From: Abditibacteriota bacterium
GTDB taxonomy: Bacteria; Armatimonadota; UBA5829
Length of the DNA: 64,000 nt
Direction of reading: 5' to 3'
Assembly: GCA_942493375.1 (NCBI GenBank)
Contig: OW818698.1
Location: forward strand, 1,813,455 to 1,877,454
Shown here piece after piece: positions 49,029-57,909 of the stretch. The first letter of the stretch is position 1; each line of letters begins with the position of its first letter. Below the pieces are notes generated by a model. That model saw only the letters and a program-made list of their open reading frames with translations. It searched no databases and was not told the origin of the DNA. The translations under genes were made by a program, and so were the position numbers.

Positions 49029-49913
49029 TTACTTGCGTATATGCATTTGCCTTATCTGCTTTCCCTGCTCAAACAGCTTCATCAATTCCTGTTCATCATT
49101 CGCTACAAGAGCACTTTTGAATCGATTCAGCCATTGTGACAGTTCATCGATCTCCTCGCAGATAAGGTCCGCGTTAGTCAGACAGATATCCCTCCATATT
49201 TCAGGAGGACTGTCTGCTATGCGGGTTAGGTCTCTGAAGCTCCCGGCCGCCAACCGAAAACTCTTGCCTGTTTCCCTGTCTGATTGTTGTGCAACTTCAA
49301 GCAGAGAGGAGGCCATAATGTGAGGAAGATGGCTGATAGCTGCTACAGATTTATCGTGGGCAAGTGGGTCCATAATCTCGCAGCAAGCGCCTATACCATC
49401 AACGAACGAACTGAGCTTATCCAGTGCCAGTAAGTTAGTGTTTTCCTGAGGGGTAAGTACATAGGTGGCTGATCGGAACAGTTCGGGGAAAGCATATTTG
49501 GCCCCGGATTTCTCCGTGCCGGCCATCGGATGCCCCCCTATGAAATGTACTCTCTCTGGCAATATCTCAGCTGCCAGTTCTACGATTGTGCGTTTAGTGC
49601 TGCCAACATCGGTTACAATGGCGTCTTCTTTGAGATTGTCGGCTATTTCTCGAAATGAATGCGCGACAGTGCGGACTGGAGTGCATACAAATACAATGTC
49701 TGCATCAATTACGCATTCCGCCGCACTATTGGCGATGGTATCTATGGCTCCGATGCTGACAGCCTCCTCGAGGTTTGCCCGGTTCCTGCCATAGCCGACA
49801 ACACGCCTGGCCAGATTTGAACGCTTGGCTACCATTCCCAGGGAACCGCCGATCAACCCAACCCCAATAACCGCCATTGTATTAAATAGCGGTTCTGTTC
49901 TATCCTGGGTCAT
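49029..49913 (-). CDS. tyrA: Prephenate/arogenate dehydrogenase
   Basis: 'VIGVGLIGGSLG' Rossmann motif and a PDH-family C-terminal domain. 294 aa. Confidence 0.8.
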   Translation of the reverse strand: MTQDRTEPLFNTMAVIGVGLIGGSLGMVAKRSNLARRVVGYGRNRANLEEAVSIGAIDTIANSAAECVIDADIVFVCTPVRTVAHSFREIADNLKEDAIVTDVGSTKRTIVELAAEILPERVHFIGGHPMAGTEKSGAKYAFPELFRSATYVLTPQENTNLLALDKLSSFVDGIGACCEIMDPLAHDKSVAAISHLPHIMASSLLEVAQQSDRETGKSFRLAAGSFRDLTRIADSPPEIWRDICLTNADLICEEIDELSQWLNRFKSALVANDEQELMKLFEQGKQIRQMHIRK

Positions 49914-50938
49914 TAAACGTATCTGCCAACAGCTCTCGAAACACTCGAAAGACTCTTCATCAATATATCGAAGTTCTTGGGTGTGAGAGACTGAGGGCCA
50001 TCTTTCATTGCCCGTCCGGGATTAGGATGAACTTCAATCATAAGTCCATCTGCTCCTGCGGCAACAGCAGCAAGCGCCACTGGCTGGACAAGCTGGTATT
50101 TACCCGTCGCATGACTGGGGTCCGCAATTATTGGCAGATGACTGAGAATATTCACCGCCGGTATTGCGCTGACATCAAAAGTGTTGCGGGTAAAGGTCTC
50201 AAATGTCCTGACACCTCTTTCGCAAAGTATGATGTCATAATTTCCCTGATTGGCAATATACTCCGCAGCCTGAAGCCATTCTTCAATAGTTGAAGACATA
50301 CCCCTCTTCAGCAGGACAGGCTTTTTAATCCGTCCCACTTCGGTAAGCAGTGAGAAGTTAGCCATGTTGCGGGTGCCTATCTGCAGCATGTCAGTATATT
50401 TCGCGACCAGTTCAACATCGCGTGTATCCATAACCTCGGTGACTATCGGCATCCCGGTCTCTTCCCTTGCTGCTGACATCATCTTGAGGGCGTCCTCACC
50501 AAGACCGTGGAAACTGTAAGGGGAAGTGCTTGGTTTAAATGCCCCACCCCTCAGAATACTCGCACCGGATGCTTTTGCAGCCTTTGCAACTTCGATAGTC
50601 TGCTCTTCGGTCTCGATAGAACACGGCCCAGCCATCACCACAATCTTCTGCCCACCGATATCTACATTGTTACCAACCCGGATGATACTCTTGTCCGGAT
50701 GGAATTCTCTACTGACTACTTTGTAAGGCTTGAGGATCGGGACAACGCGCTCGATGTAGTCCAGAGAGGACAACTGCTCCGCAATCATCACTTTCTCTTC
50801 GTCCAAAGCGCCTATTGCACCAACAATGGTCTTCTCTACACCCTTGGAAATGTGTACCCCGTAGCCACGGTCTTTTAAGTTACCTACAAGCTCTTCAAGG
50901 TCCGCATCCGTCGCTGAAGGCGACATAATAATAATCAT
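49913..50938 (-). CDS. 3-deoxy-7-phosphoheptulonate (DAHP) synthase, type I-beta, with an N-terminal regulatory domain
   Basis: 'VVMAGPCSIE', 'ILRGGAFKP' and KDO8P/DAHP-synthase I-beta blocks. The start was chosen at an internal Met to limit overlap with the upstream gene. Confidence 0.75.
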   Translation of the reverse strand: MIIIMSPSATDADLEELVGNLKDRGYGVHISKGVEKTIVGAIGALDEEKVMIAEQLSSLDYIERVVPILKPYKVVSREFHPDKSIIRVGNNVDIGGQKIVVMAGPCSIETEEQTIEVAKAAKASGASILRGGAFKPSTSPYSFHGLGEDALKMMSAAREETGMPIVTEVMDTRDVELVAKYTDMLQIGTRNMANFSLLTEVGRIKKPVLLKRGMSSTIEEWLQAAEYIANQGNYDIILCERGVRTFETFTRNTFDVSAIPAVNILSHLPIIADPSHATGKYQLVQPVALAAVAAGADGLMIEVHPNPGRAMKDGPQSLTPKNFDILMKSLSSVSRAVGRYV

Positions 50939-52068
50939 AAGCCAAGTACCTCCGTGAGGCATTCAATGAACCGCTTGTTCTGCTCAGGTGTTCCGGTGCT
51001 GACTCTTATATGTGTGGGACATCCGAATATATCACCGGTCCTCACGATGACTCCCCGCTTGAGGAGCTCTGCAAATACTTCACGACAGTTCTTCTTAACA
51101 TCGATCCACAGGAAGTTCGCCTGTGATTCTACATATTCAACTCCCAGTCTCGTTAACTCTTTGTAGAAGAACTCCAGTGATTCCCTGTTGAGTTTCTTGC
51201 TGCGAACGACCTGGTTGGGATCTGCAAGAGAAGCAAGAGCTGCTTCCTGTGCAATACTGTTGACGTTGAATGGCGCCCTGACCCTCTCCAGGATATCGAT
51301 AATACGCTTAGGCGCTATTCCGTATCCAACTCTGAGCCCGGCTAGTCCGTAAATCTTGGAGAATGTGCGCAACACCAGCACATTCCGATCCTGCTTGACC
51401 CACTCCAGACAACGAGTGTAGTTTGGATCGTCAACATATTCATAATATGCTTCGTCCAGGAACATCACGCAGTTGTCGGGAAGCTTATCAAGCGCTTTTT
51501 CAATTTCATCGGCCGAAATAATAGTCCCGGTCGGATTGTTCGGGTTGGTGACTGTGACAATACGAGTCTTGCTGTTGACCTGCTTCATCATAGCCTCAAG
51601 ATCATAGGCCCAGTTTTTCAGAGGGACCATATGAGCTGTAGCATCCATCACACGAGCAGCGGTCTCATATTCAGAAAACGTTATATCAGCCTGAACTGTC
51701 TCATCTCCAGGATTTAAAAGAGCCATACTCAGATAGAAAATGACTTCATCTCCCCCGGTACCGAATAACAGCATGTCAGGATCTACCCCAAGATGTGTAG
51801 CCAGGGCTTGCCGGAGCTTATAGCAGCTGCCATCGGGATAAAGAGCCACGTTCTCGGCGGCCTGCTTCATAGCCTCTATCGCCAGCGGAGAAGGTCCGAG
51901 AGGGTTTTCATTTGAAGCCAGTTTGCTGACATCATCCAGGCCAAGTTCACGCTTGACTTCCTCGATCGGTTTCCCAGGCACATAGGGTTTTATGTTGAGT
52001 ATACATTCACGAGCTTTAAGTGTCATATTGTCCATTTTCACCACTCCTAACGAACTCAAGGATACCAC
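50935..52068 (-). CDS. hisC: Histidinol-phosphate/aromatic aminotransferase (class II)
   Basis: 'ASNENPLGPSP', 'YPD' and PLP-lysine-region blocks. Its position next to aroF/tyrA-type genes suggests an aromatic amino-acid role. Confidence 0.75.
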   Translation of the reverse strand: MVSLSSLGVVKMDNMTLKARECILNIKPYVPGKPIEEVKRELGLDDVSKLASNENPLGPSPLAIEAMKQAAENVALYPDGSCYKLRQALATHLGVDPDMLLFGTGGDEVIFYLSMALLNPGDETVQADITFSEYETAARVMDATAHMVPLKNWAYDLEAMMKQVNSKTRIVTVTNPNNPTGTIISADEIEKALDKLPDNCVMFLDEAYYEYVDDPNYTRCLEWVKQDRNVLVLRTFSKIYGLAGLRVGYGIAPKRIIDILERVRAPFNVNSIAQEAALASLADPNQVVRSKKLNRESLEFFYKELTRLGVEYVESQANFLWIDVKKNCREVFAELLKRGVIVRTGDIFGCPTHIRVSTGTPEQNKRFIECLTEVLGL

Positions 52069-52090
52069 AAACAGGAGGAGAAGGGAAAGT

Positions 52091-52177
52091 ATGAACGATG
52101 AATTATGAATGATGAAAACGGAAATGGGAAACAGGAAATTATGAATGTTGAATTATGAATTATGAAATAGAAACACC
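52091..52177. repeat. TGAANNN heptamer arrays in the hisC promoter region
   Basis: 'gaattatgaatgatgaaaa...ggaaattatgaatgttgaattatgaattatgaaatag'. The ORF 52056..52250 is its translation artefact. Confidence 0.55.
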
Positions 52178-52180
52178 CTT

Positions 52181-52213
52181 CCGTTCGTGCTGAGCCCGTC
52201 GAAGCACGAACGG
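52181..52213 (-). terminator. Hairpin terminator downstream of GHL6 paralog 2
   Basis: 'ccgttcgtgctgagcccgtcgaagcacgaacgg'. A diverged copy sits at 54333..54382. Confidence 0.5.
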
Positions 52214-52295
52214 AAACGGTAAAATAGTTCAGAAATGGTGCCACATTCACCCCATCCCTTCCTAAAGCCTAAAGTCTAACGCCTGAAGTCTCCTT

Positions 52296-54299
52296 CTAAA
52301 AAACCACAAGCTGATATCCATTGACTTCCGGAACTATAACCGACAGGTATTCTCCTTCGTCTGTGAAATGAATGCTCTCTCCTGATGGTGCAAGGTAGGC
52401 CTTGGTGATAGTCTTCTCATCTTTCTTCAACTGGACTTGAACATTGCGCAGGCAGATAGGCTCTTCAATAACCTGGGCCATTCCTCTGGTTTCCGGGCAG
52501 TAGCAGAGCAGGTGAACCAGTCTATCCCCTTGCTTGCTATATGCAGTGGTTACCTGTCCGAATGATGGCATTCCAGTAACTTTGATTAGTGGGTTAGGAA
52601 GCAACCTGGTGAGTAGATTTCTGAACAGAGTCTTGTGTGCCGGCACTGCATGTGCATAGTATCCTGCAAATATCGGGAAGCTGATATAGATTATGTTTCT
52701 GGTCTGCACAACTGCAGGTCTGCCGGTCTGTTTCTCAGGAGGAGTGTAGAAGTATTCGTGATTCCAGTCCCATTTACCGAAGTTATCATAGGGTTGAATT
52801 ACACTCGCCAGCACCTGAGCATCATCACCAGCCTGAACCGCTGCTGCCTGCAGATAAACTGCTGTTGGCATATCAGGAACGCCTTCGGATACTTCAGGTT
52901 CTGCTGTAAAGTATGTTGGATCAAACGGCTCTTTGCCTTGGTAGATAACACTCTCCGGAGCAAGCGCAAACTTAGTCCTATCAGCATTAAACCCACCATA
53001 ACCAGAACAAATGACCGATCCGCCACTATCCAGAAATGCATTTACCCGTGCCTGCAAGTCATCGGTCAGTGTCGATGCATCCGGAAGCACCAGCACCTTG
53101 TAACCAGAGAAGTCCGTGCTGCCATCGGTGATATCGAACTGCTGCTTAAGCTCCGAGAGCATCCTGGATGCACCTTTGATTGGATTTATCGCATCCCAGC
53201 CACACGGATCTATCTGAGGGGACCAGTCAGCAGGAATCCACCTGTCACCCAGCCATGGTTCCAGGACCAGGATATCTGCTTGAGGTTTGGAATCATAGGT
53301 CCAGGGCTCCAGCTTTTTGACTTCGGAGTAAGCACTCCCCATCACATCATAGACTGCCGAAGTCAGCTTTCCAACCGGATGCAGATGATCTCCCACAGAA
53401 CACGTTCCGCCATTTGCCAGGGAATAGTAATGGTCATATATCAGAGATGGCACAGTTCTGAGACCACCAAAATCTCCCCAATCGCGCAGGAACCTGCCGG
53501 TCATTGTAAAGTAGGGTTTATTCAAGCTCCTTGCATAACGAATGGCAAACGGCAGAAAGTCATATCCCCATCCACCGGTTGGCAGAACTTCAATCTCCAG
53601 ATGCGTAGGCTGAGATTTATAAGGCATTCCGTTGTAAAACAAATAAATAGAATCCCCTACTCTATCCCTGACATTTCGGGTTACTTCATCACAGAACTCA
53701 TGGTTAGCCATGATCGCATACTGGGTTACCTGGGCAGGGTCCATAACATCCATTCCCAAAACTCTCATCTTGTCCAGGCACTCCGAACCATAACAAGGCG
53801 TGTTGGTAATGCAATCAAGGAACAGCCCATCCACAGGATACTTATCCAGCACTTCATCGATCATTGATATAAGGTGTTCGCGGTATGAAGTATTGCGGCA
53901 CATCTGGCGATTAAAATTGCTCATATCCGCAATATTGATCACCTTGCCCTGCTGGTCCACTTTGCACCATTCACGGTGATACGCTGCATGGTCCTGATCT
54001 AACCCGGCATTGAAGTAAGCAGCTACTTTGATCCCGAGTTTATGACAAGCTTCCACCATTCCACCAAGCATATCAACTTTCAGCGCCGGATGAACAGTTC
54101 CGATAGAAGTCGGATAATAAGCAAAACCTATGTTACAACGTGCAAAGACAGTAATGTAGTCAACATTTGCTTCGCAAAGCGTTCGTGCAAACTCATCCGG
54201 GTCAAAACTCTCCCCCAGATCATATGCAGACGGCATAGTATGAAAATCCAGATGAATAGCCCTCTTCGGAAAACCCAAGTCAACCAAATCCGCCTCCAA
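52296..54299 (-). CDS. GHL6-family putative glycoside hydrolase, paralog 2
   Basis: 667 aa. 'FPKRAIHLDFHTMPS...TGRFLRDWGDFGG...SVGDHLHPVGKL'. Highly similar to the adjacent 54412..56397. Confidence 0.6.
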   Translation of the reverse strand: MEADLVDLGFPKRAIHLDFHTMPSAYDLGESFDPDEFARTLCEANVDYITVFARCNIGFAYYPTSIGTVHPALKVDMLGGMVEACHKLGIKVAAYFNAGLDQDHAAYHREWCKVDQQGKVINIADMSNFNRQMCRNTSYREHLISMIDEVLDKYPVDGLFLDCITNTPCYGSECLDKMRVLGMDVMDPAQVTQYAIMANHEFCDEVTRNVRDRVGDSIYLFYNGMPYKSQPTHLEIEVLPTGGWGYDFLPFAIRYARSLNKPYFTMTGRFLRDWGDFGGLRTVPSLIYDHYYSLANGGTCSVGDHLHPVGKLTSAVYDVMGSAYSEVKKLEPWTYDSKPQADILVLEPWLGDRWIPADWSPQIDPCGWDAINPIKGASRMLSELKQQFDITDGSTDFSGYKVLVLPDASTLTDDLQARVNAFLDSGGSVICSGYGGFNADRTKFALAPESVIYQGKEPFDPTYFTAEPEVSEGVPDMPTAVYLQAAAVQAGDDAQVLASVIQPYDNFGKWDWNHEYFYTPPEKQTGRPAVVQTRNIIYISFPIFAGYYAHAVPAHKTLFRNLLTRLLPNPLIKVTGMPSFGQVTTAYSKQGDRLVHLLCYCPETRGMAQVIEEPICLRNVQVQLKKDEKTITKAYLAPSGESIHFTDEGEYLSVIVPEVNGYQLVVF

Positions 54300-54332
54300 T
54301 TAAGCACATATTTTAAGCGCAATATTTAAAAC

Positions 54333-54382
54333 GGCCAATTCCGTTCGCACTTCGACTGCGCTCAGCACGAACGGAATTGGCC
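54333..54382 (-). terminator. Hairpin terminator downstream of GHL6 paralog 3
   Basis: 'ggccaattccgttcgcacttcgactgcgctcagcacgaacggaattggcc'. Confidence 0.5.
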
Positions 54383-54411
54383 TGAAGTCTTAAGCCTAAA
54401 GGCTTTCCTTC

Positions 54412-56397
54412 TTATTCAAACACAACTAGCTGGTATCCATTAACCTCAGGGACAGTCACAACCAGATAATCTCCCTGCTCTGTGATAGTTAGGCTCTCCC
54501 CGGATATAGCCAGAAATGCTTTAGTTATAGCCTTCCCATCCTTCTTCAGTTTGACCTCGATATTATGAGCACATATTCGCTCTTCTATAACCTGGGCCAT
54601 TCCTCTTGCTTCCGGGCAGTAACAGATCAAATGGACAAGTCTTTCACCCTTATTGGTGTATGCAGAAGTAACCTGACCGAATGAAGGCATTCCCGTAACT
54701 TCCACAATCGGATCCGGCAGCAATCTAGTAAGCAGGTTCTTAAGCAATGCCTTGTGAGCCGGCACTGCATGGGCATAGTATCCCGCAAACATGGGGAAGC
54801 TGACATAGATTATATTGCCAACCTGCATCGCAGCTGGTCTGCCTGTCTCTTTCTCCGGAGGGGTGTAGAAGTATTCGTGGTTCCAATCCCATTTACCGAA
54901 GTTGTCGTAGGGCTGAATGACATTTGCCAGCACTTTGGCGCCTTTACCAGCCTGCACGGCTGTTGCCTGCTTATAGACGGCTGTTGGCATGTCAGGAACA
55001 CCATCGGCTACTTCCGGTTCAGCAGTGAAATAAGTGGGATCGAACGGCTCTTTGCCTTCGTATATCACACCCTCAGGGGCAAGTGCGAACTTGGTACGCT
55101 CAGCATCAAATCCACCATAACCCGAGCAGATCACCGATCCACCTTTTGCCAGGAATGCATTGACTTTTGCCAGCATGTCACTCGTGAGGGTAGTAGAGTC
55201 CGGCAGGACCAGCGTTTTGTATGGAGCAAAATCAATGCTGCCATCGCTGACATCGAACTGCTGCTTGAGTTCGGAAAGCATTCTGGTAGCTCCCCTAACA
55301 GGATCCAGCGCTTCCCATCCTGCTATATCATTCGGCATTCCCCAGGTAGCAGGAAAATCTCTCAATCCTGGTTCCACAACCAGAATCTCTGTCTGAGCTT
55401 TTGAACCATATGTCCACGGCTCAATCTTCTCAATGTCAGAATATATGTCGCCTATCAAGTCATAAACTGCAGGTTCAAGTTTTCCAACTGGATGCAGATG
55501 GTCACCAACTGAACAGGTGCCGGAGTTAGCCAATGAATAATAAAGGTCGTATTCCAGCGATGCGGCTGAACGCAAACCGCCAAAATCTCCCCAGCTCCTG
55601 TGGAACCTGCCGGTCATCGTGAAGAATGGTTTGGGTTTCGTGCGGACATAGCGGATAACAAATGGCAGATAATCATATCCCCATCCACCGGTAGGGAGGA
55701 CTTCAATCTCTATATGTGTTGGCTGGATATCATATGACATACCATTATAGATTATGTTGATATCTCCGGCTTTTGCCTGGACCTGGCTTGTAACTTCGTG
55801 GCAAAACTCTTGATTCGCCATGCCGGCATACTTGACGACTTGAGCCGGATCCATCACGTCCATACCCAGGGCTCTCATCTTGTCCAGACATTCCGAACCA
55901 TAACACGCATGAGATGTCATGCAATCCAGGAATATCCCGTCAACCGGATACATATCCAGCACTTCATCGATCATTGATGTCAGGTGCTCTCTGTAACCGG
56001 TATTGTAGCACATGAGACGGTTGAAGTTCCCCATCTCGGCTATCTTGATCACTCTGCCCTGCTCATCAACTTTGGTCCATTCGCGATGGTTTATGGTGTG
56101 CTCGTGATCAAGACCGGCATTAAAATAGGCTGCTACTTTAATACCAACTTTGTGACAGGCCTCAACCATCCCGCCCAGCATATCAGACTTCATATGAGGA
56201 TGGGGGATTCCGATTGTTGTCGGATAGTATGCAAAACCTATATTGCACCGTGCAAAGACAGTGATATAGTCAACTTTCGCCTCTTTCAATGTCTGAGCAA
56301 ACTCTTCGGGATTGAAGTCGTCACTCAGGTTGTAAGGAGATGGCATTGTATGGAAATCCAGATGTATTGCTCTTTTAGGAAATTCAGAGTTAATCAC
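54412..56397 (-). CDS. GHL6-family putative glycoside hydrolase, paralog 3 (tandem duplicate)
   Basis: 661 aa. Collinear similarity to 52296..54299 across its whole length. Confidence 0.6.
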   Translation of the reverse strand: MINSEFPKRAIHLDFHTMPSPYNLSDDFNPEEFAQTLKEAKVDYITVFARCNIGFAYYPTTIGIPHPHMKSDMLGGMVEACHKVGIKVAAYFNAGLDHEHTINHREWTKVDEQGRVIKIAEMGNFNRLMCYNTGYREHLTSMIDEVLDMYPVDGIFLDCMTSHACYGSECLDKMRALGMDVMDPAQVVKYAGMANQEFCHEVTSQVQAKAGDINIIYNGMSYDIQPTHIEIEVLPTGGWGYDYLPFVIRYVRTKPKPFFTMTGRFHRSWGDFGGLRSAASLEYDLYYSLANSGTCSVGDHLHPVGKLEPAVYDLIGDIYSDIEKIEPWTYGSKAQTEILVVEPGLRDFPATWGMPNDIAGWEALDPVRGATRMLSELKQQFDVSDGSIDFAPYKTLVLPDSTTLTSDMLAKVNAFLAKGGSVICSGYGGFDAERTKFALAPEGVIYEGKEPFDPTYFTAEPEVADGVPDMPTAVYKQATAVQAGKGAKVLANVIQPYDNFGKWDWNHEYFYTPPEKETGRPAAMQVGNIIYVSFPMFAGYYAHAVPAHKALLKNLLTRLLPDPIVEVTGMPSFGQVTSAYTNKGERLVHLICYCPEARGMAQVIEERICAHNIEVKLKKDGKAITKAFLAISGESLTITEQGDYLVVTVPEVNGYQLVVFE

Positions 56398-56733
56398 AAA
56401 TTGCCTCCATTGGCTTTCAATCCGCTTTATTCACCAAGTGTAAATGCAGAGCATTTAAGTATAATGCGGGTCGGTATTTACATGTTGTATTGCTTTTCAA
56501 GTGCTATTGTCAAGGTTATTTTGAATTATTGCATCCAGGGACGTACGACAGAGGGTTTGTTTGGGGTATTCCCCCGGCAAAGATATTGCAGGGGGAATAA
56601 GAATCCAGCTAACCCGCATTATTCACCATACTTCGCTTTTGGCCGGCAGTAGGGACAAAAACTGAAAGTATAAATACAGAGTATTTATACCGTCAATCAT
56701 GAATAATGCGGGCTAATAGAGCCACCGTTAGGA

Positions 56734-57114
56734 CTATCGTGTTACAGCAATAGCCTCTATCTCTATCTTCACACCTTTTGGAAGAGCCTGGACCTGGACT
56801 GTGGACCTTGCCGGTGGATCCTGTGGGAAATACTTACCGTAGAGCTCATTGACACGCGCAAAGTCCGCCAGGTCTGTGAGAAATATCGTTGTCTTAACTA
56901 CATCAGTCATCTCCAGACCCTCAGCTCTGAGCACCCCCTGTATATTATCCAGCACTGTTCTTGTCTGCGATGTAATGTCAACAGCTTCGATTTGACCAGA
57001 TGCTGCATCTATGGGGATTTGACCGGATATAAACAGGAAGCCATTTGCTTTTATTGCCTGGGAATAAGGACCTATGGCTGCTGGAGCCTGAGAGGTTTGG
57101 ATTACAACTTTCAT
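56734..57114 (-). CDS. ridA: RidA/YjgF-family reactive-intermediate deaminase
   Basis: 'ISGQIPID' and conserved C-terminal blocks. 126 aa. Confidence 0.8.
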   Translation of the reverse strand: MKVVIQTSQAPAAIGPYSQAIKANGFLFISGQIPIDAASGQIEAVDITSQTRTVLDNIQGVLRAEGLEMTDVVKTTIFLTDLADFARVNELYGKYFPQDPPARSTVQVQALPKGVKIEIEAIAVTR

Positions 57115-57123
57115 TATTTCATC

Positions 57124-57215
57124 CTCCTTCGAAAATAGAATATTTTCGTCCCTTCGTAGCGAGTCCGGCAGGTTTTCGCTGCAGGCGAAAATCGAGAGGA
57201 CTCATGCTACGATTC
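57124..57215. repeat. 92-bp structured repeat element, copy 2 (in the ridA 5' region)
   Basis: 100 % identical to 27495..27586. Confidence 0.6.
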
Positions 57216-57251
57216 TTAAATAAATGTGAGTATACAGTTGATCAAGACTGG

Positions 57252-57485
57252 TTAAGATATCATCTTTTGAATCTCATCAATACCAGGAACTCTACCTGCT
57301 ACTTTAACTTCCCCATTTACCACTAGCGCAGGGGTAGTCATAACGCCGAATTTCATTATCTCCCGTATATCTGAAACTTTTTCAATTTCATACTCAATTC
57401 CGGACTTATCGGCGGCTTCTTTTGTTAGTTCTGTTAGTTTCGTACATTTAGCACATCCGGTGCCCAGTATCTGCAGTTTAATCAT
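57252..57485 (-). CDS. Thioredoxin-fold 'redox-active disulfide protein 2'-like small protein
   Basis: 77 aa. 'GTGCAKC' CxxC motif and a 'TTPALVVNGEV' block. Confidence 0.65.
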   Translation of the reverse strand: MIKLQILGTGCAKCTKLTELTKEAADKSGIEYEIEKVSDIREIMKFGVMTTPALVVNGEVKVAGRVPGIDEIQKMIS

Positions 57486-57909
57486 GAGAATTACCTCCCG
57501 GAAATTTTGTTAGTTATCATTGCATATTCAACACTACTGATAACCGCAGGAAAAGTTAAATGCTATTAAGTTTTATACTACATACGAAAATATAGTGCAA
57601 CAATTAAGAAAAGTATTTGGTCTACCGGGAATAATACCGGCCCGTCCAGAAGCAGTCGAGGGATGCGAAAATGTATTCAAGCTTATTATACGCAATATAA
57701 GACTGGATTAATCCATTCAGTTTACAGTTATATTTGTCAGGTAAGTTACAGAACTACCAAGCCGATAATTAAATAATGGTGTAGTTATGTATCAAACACT
57801 ACCTGAATGGTGTTTGGTTACAATCTTATCTTTTTGGTTGTGGCTTGTGACGTAGTATAATAAATATGGTATTTTTCGTTCAACGATAAGAGGCGAGAGG
57901 ATTGCTTAC

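Noticed and set aside
52635-53867. 410-aa ORF on the + strand
   Set aside because: It lies antisense to the GHL6 paralog 52296..54299. The minus-strand protein has a full-length paralog match and conserved motifs, so the long antisense ORF is a compositional artefact.
54754-55404. 216-aa + strand ORF
   Set aside because: It lies antisense to GHL6 paralog 3, for the same reason as the previous item.
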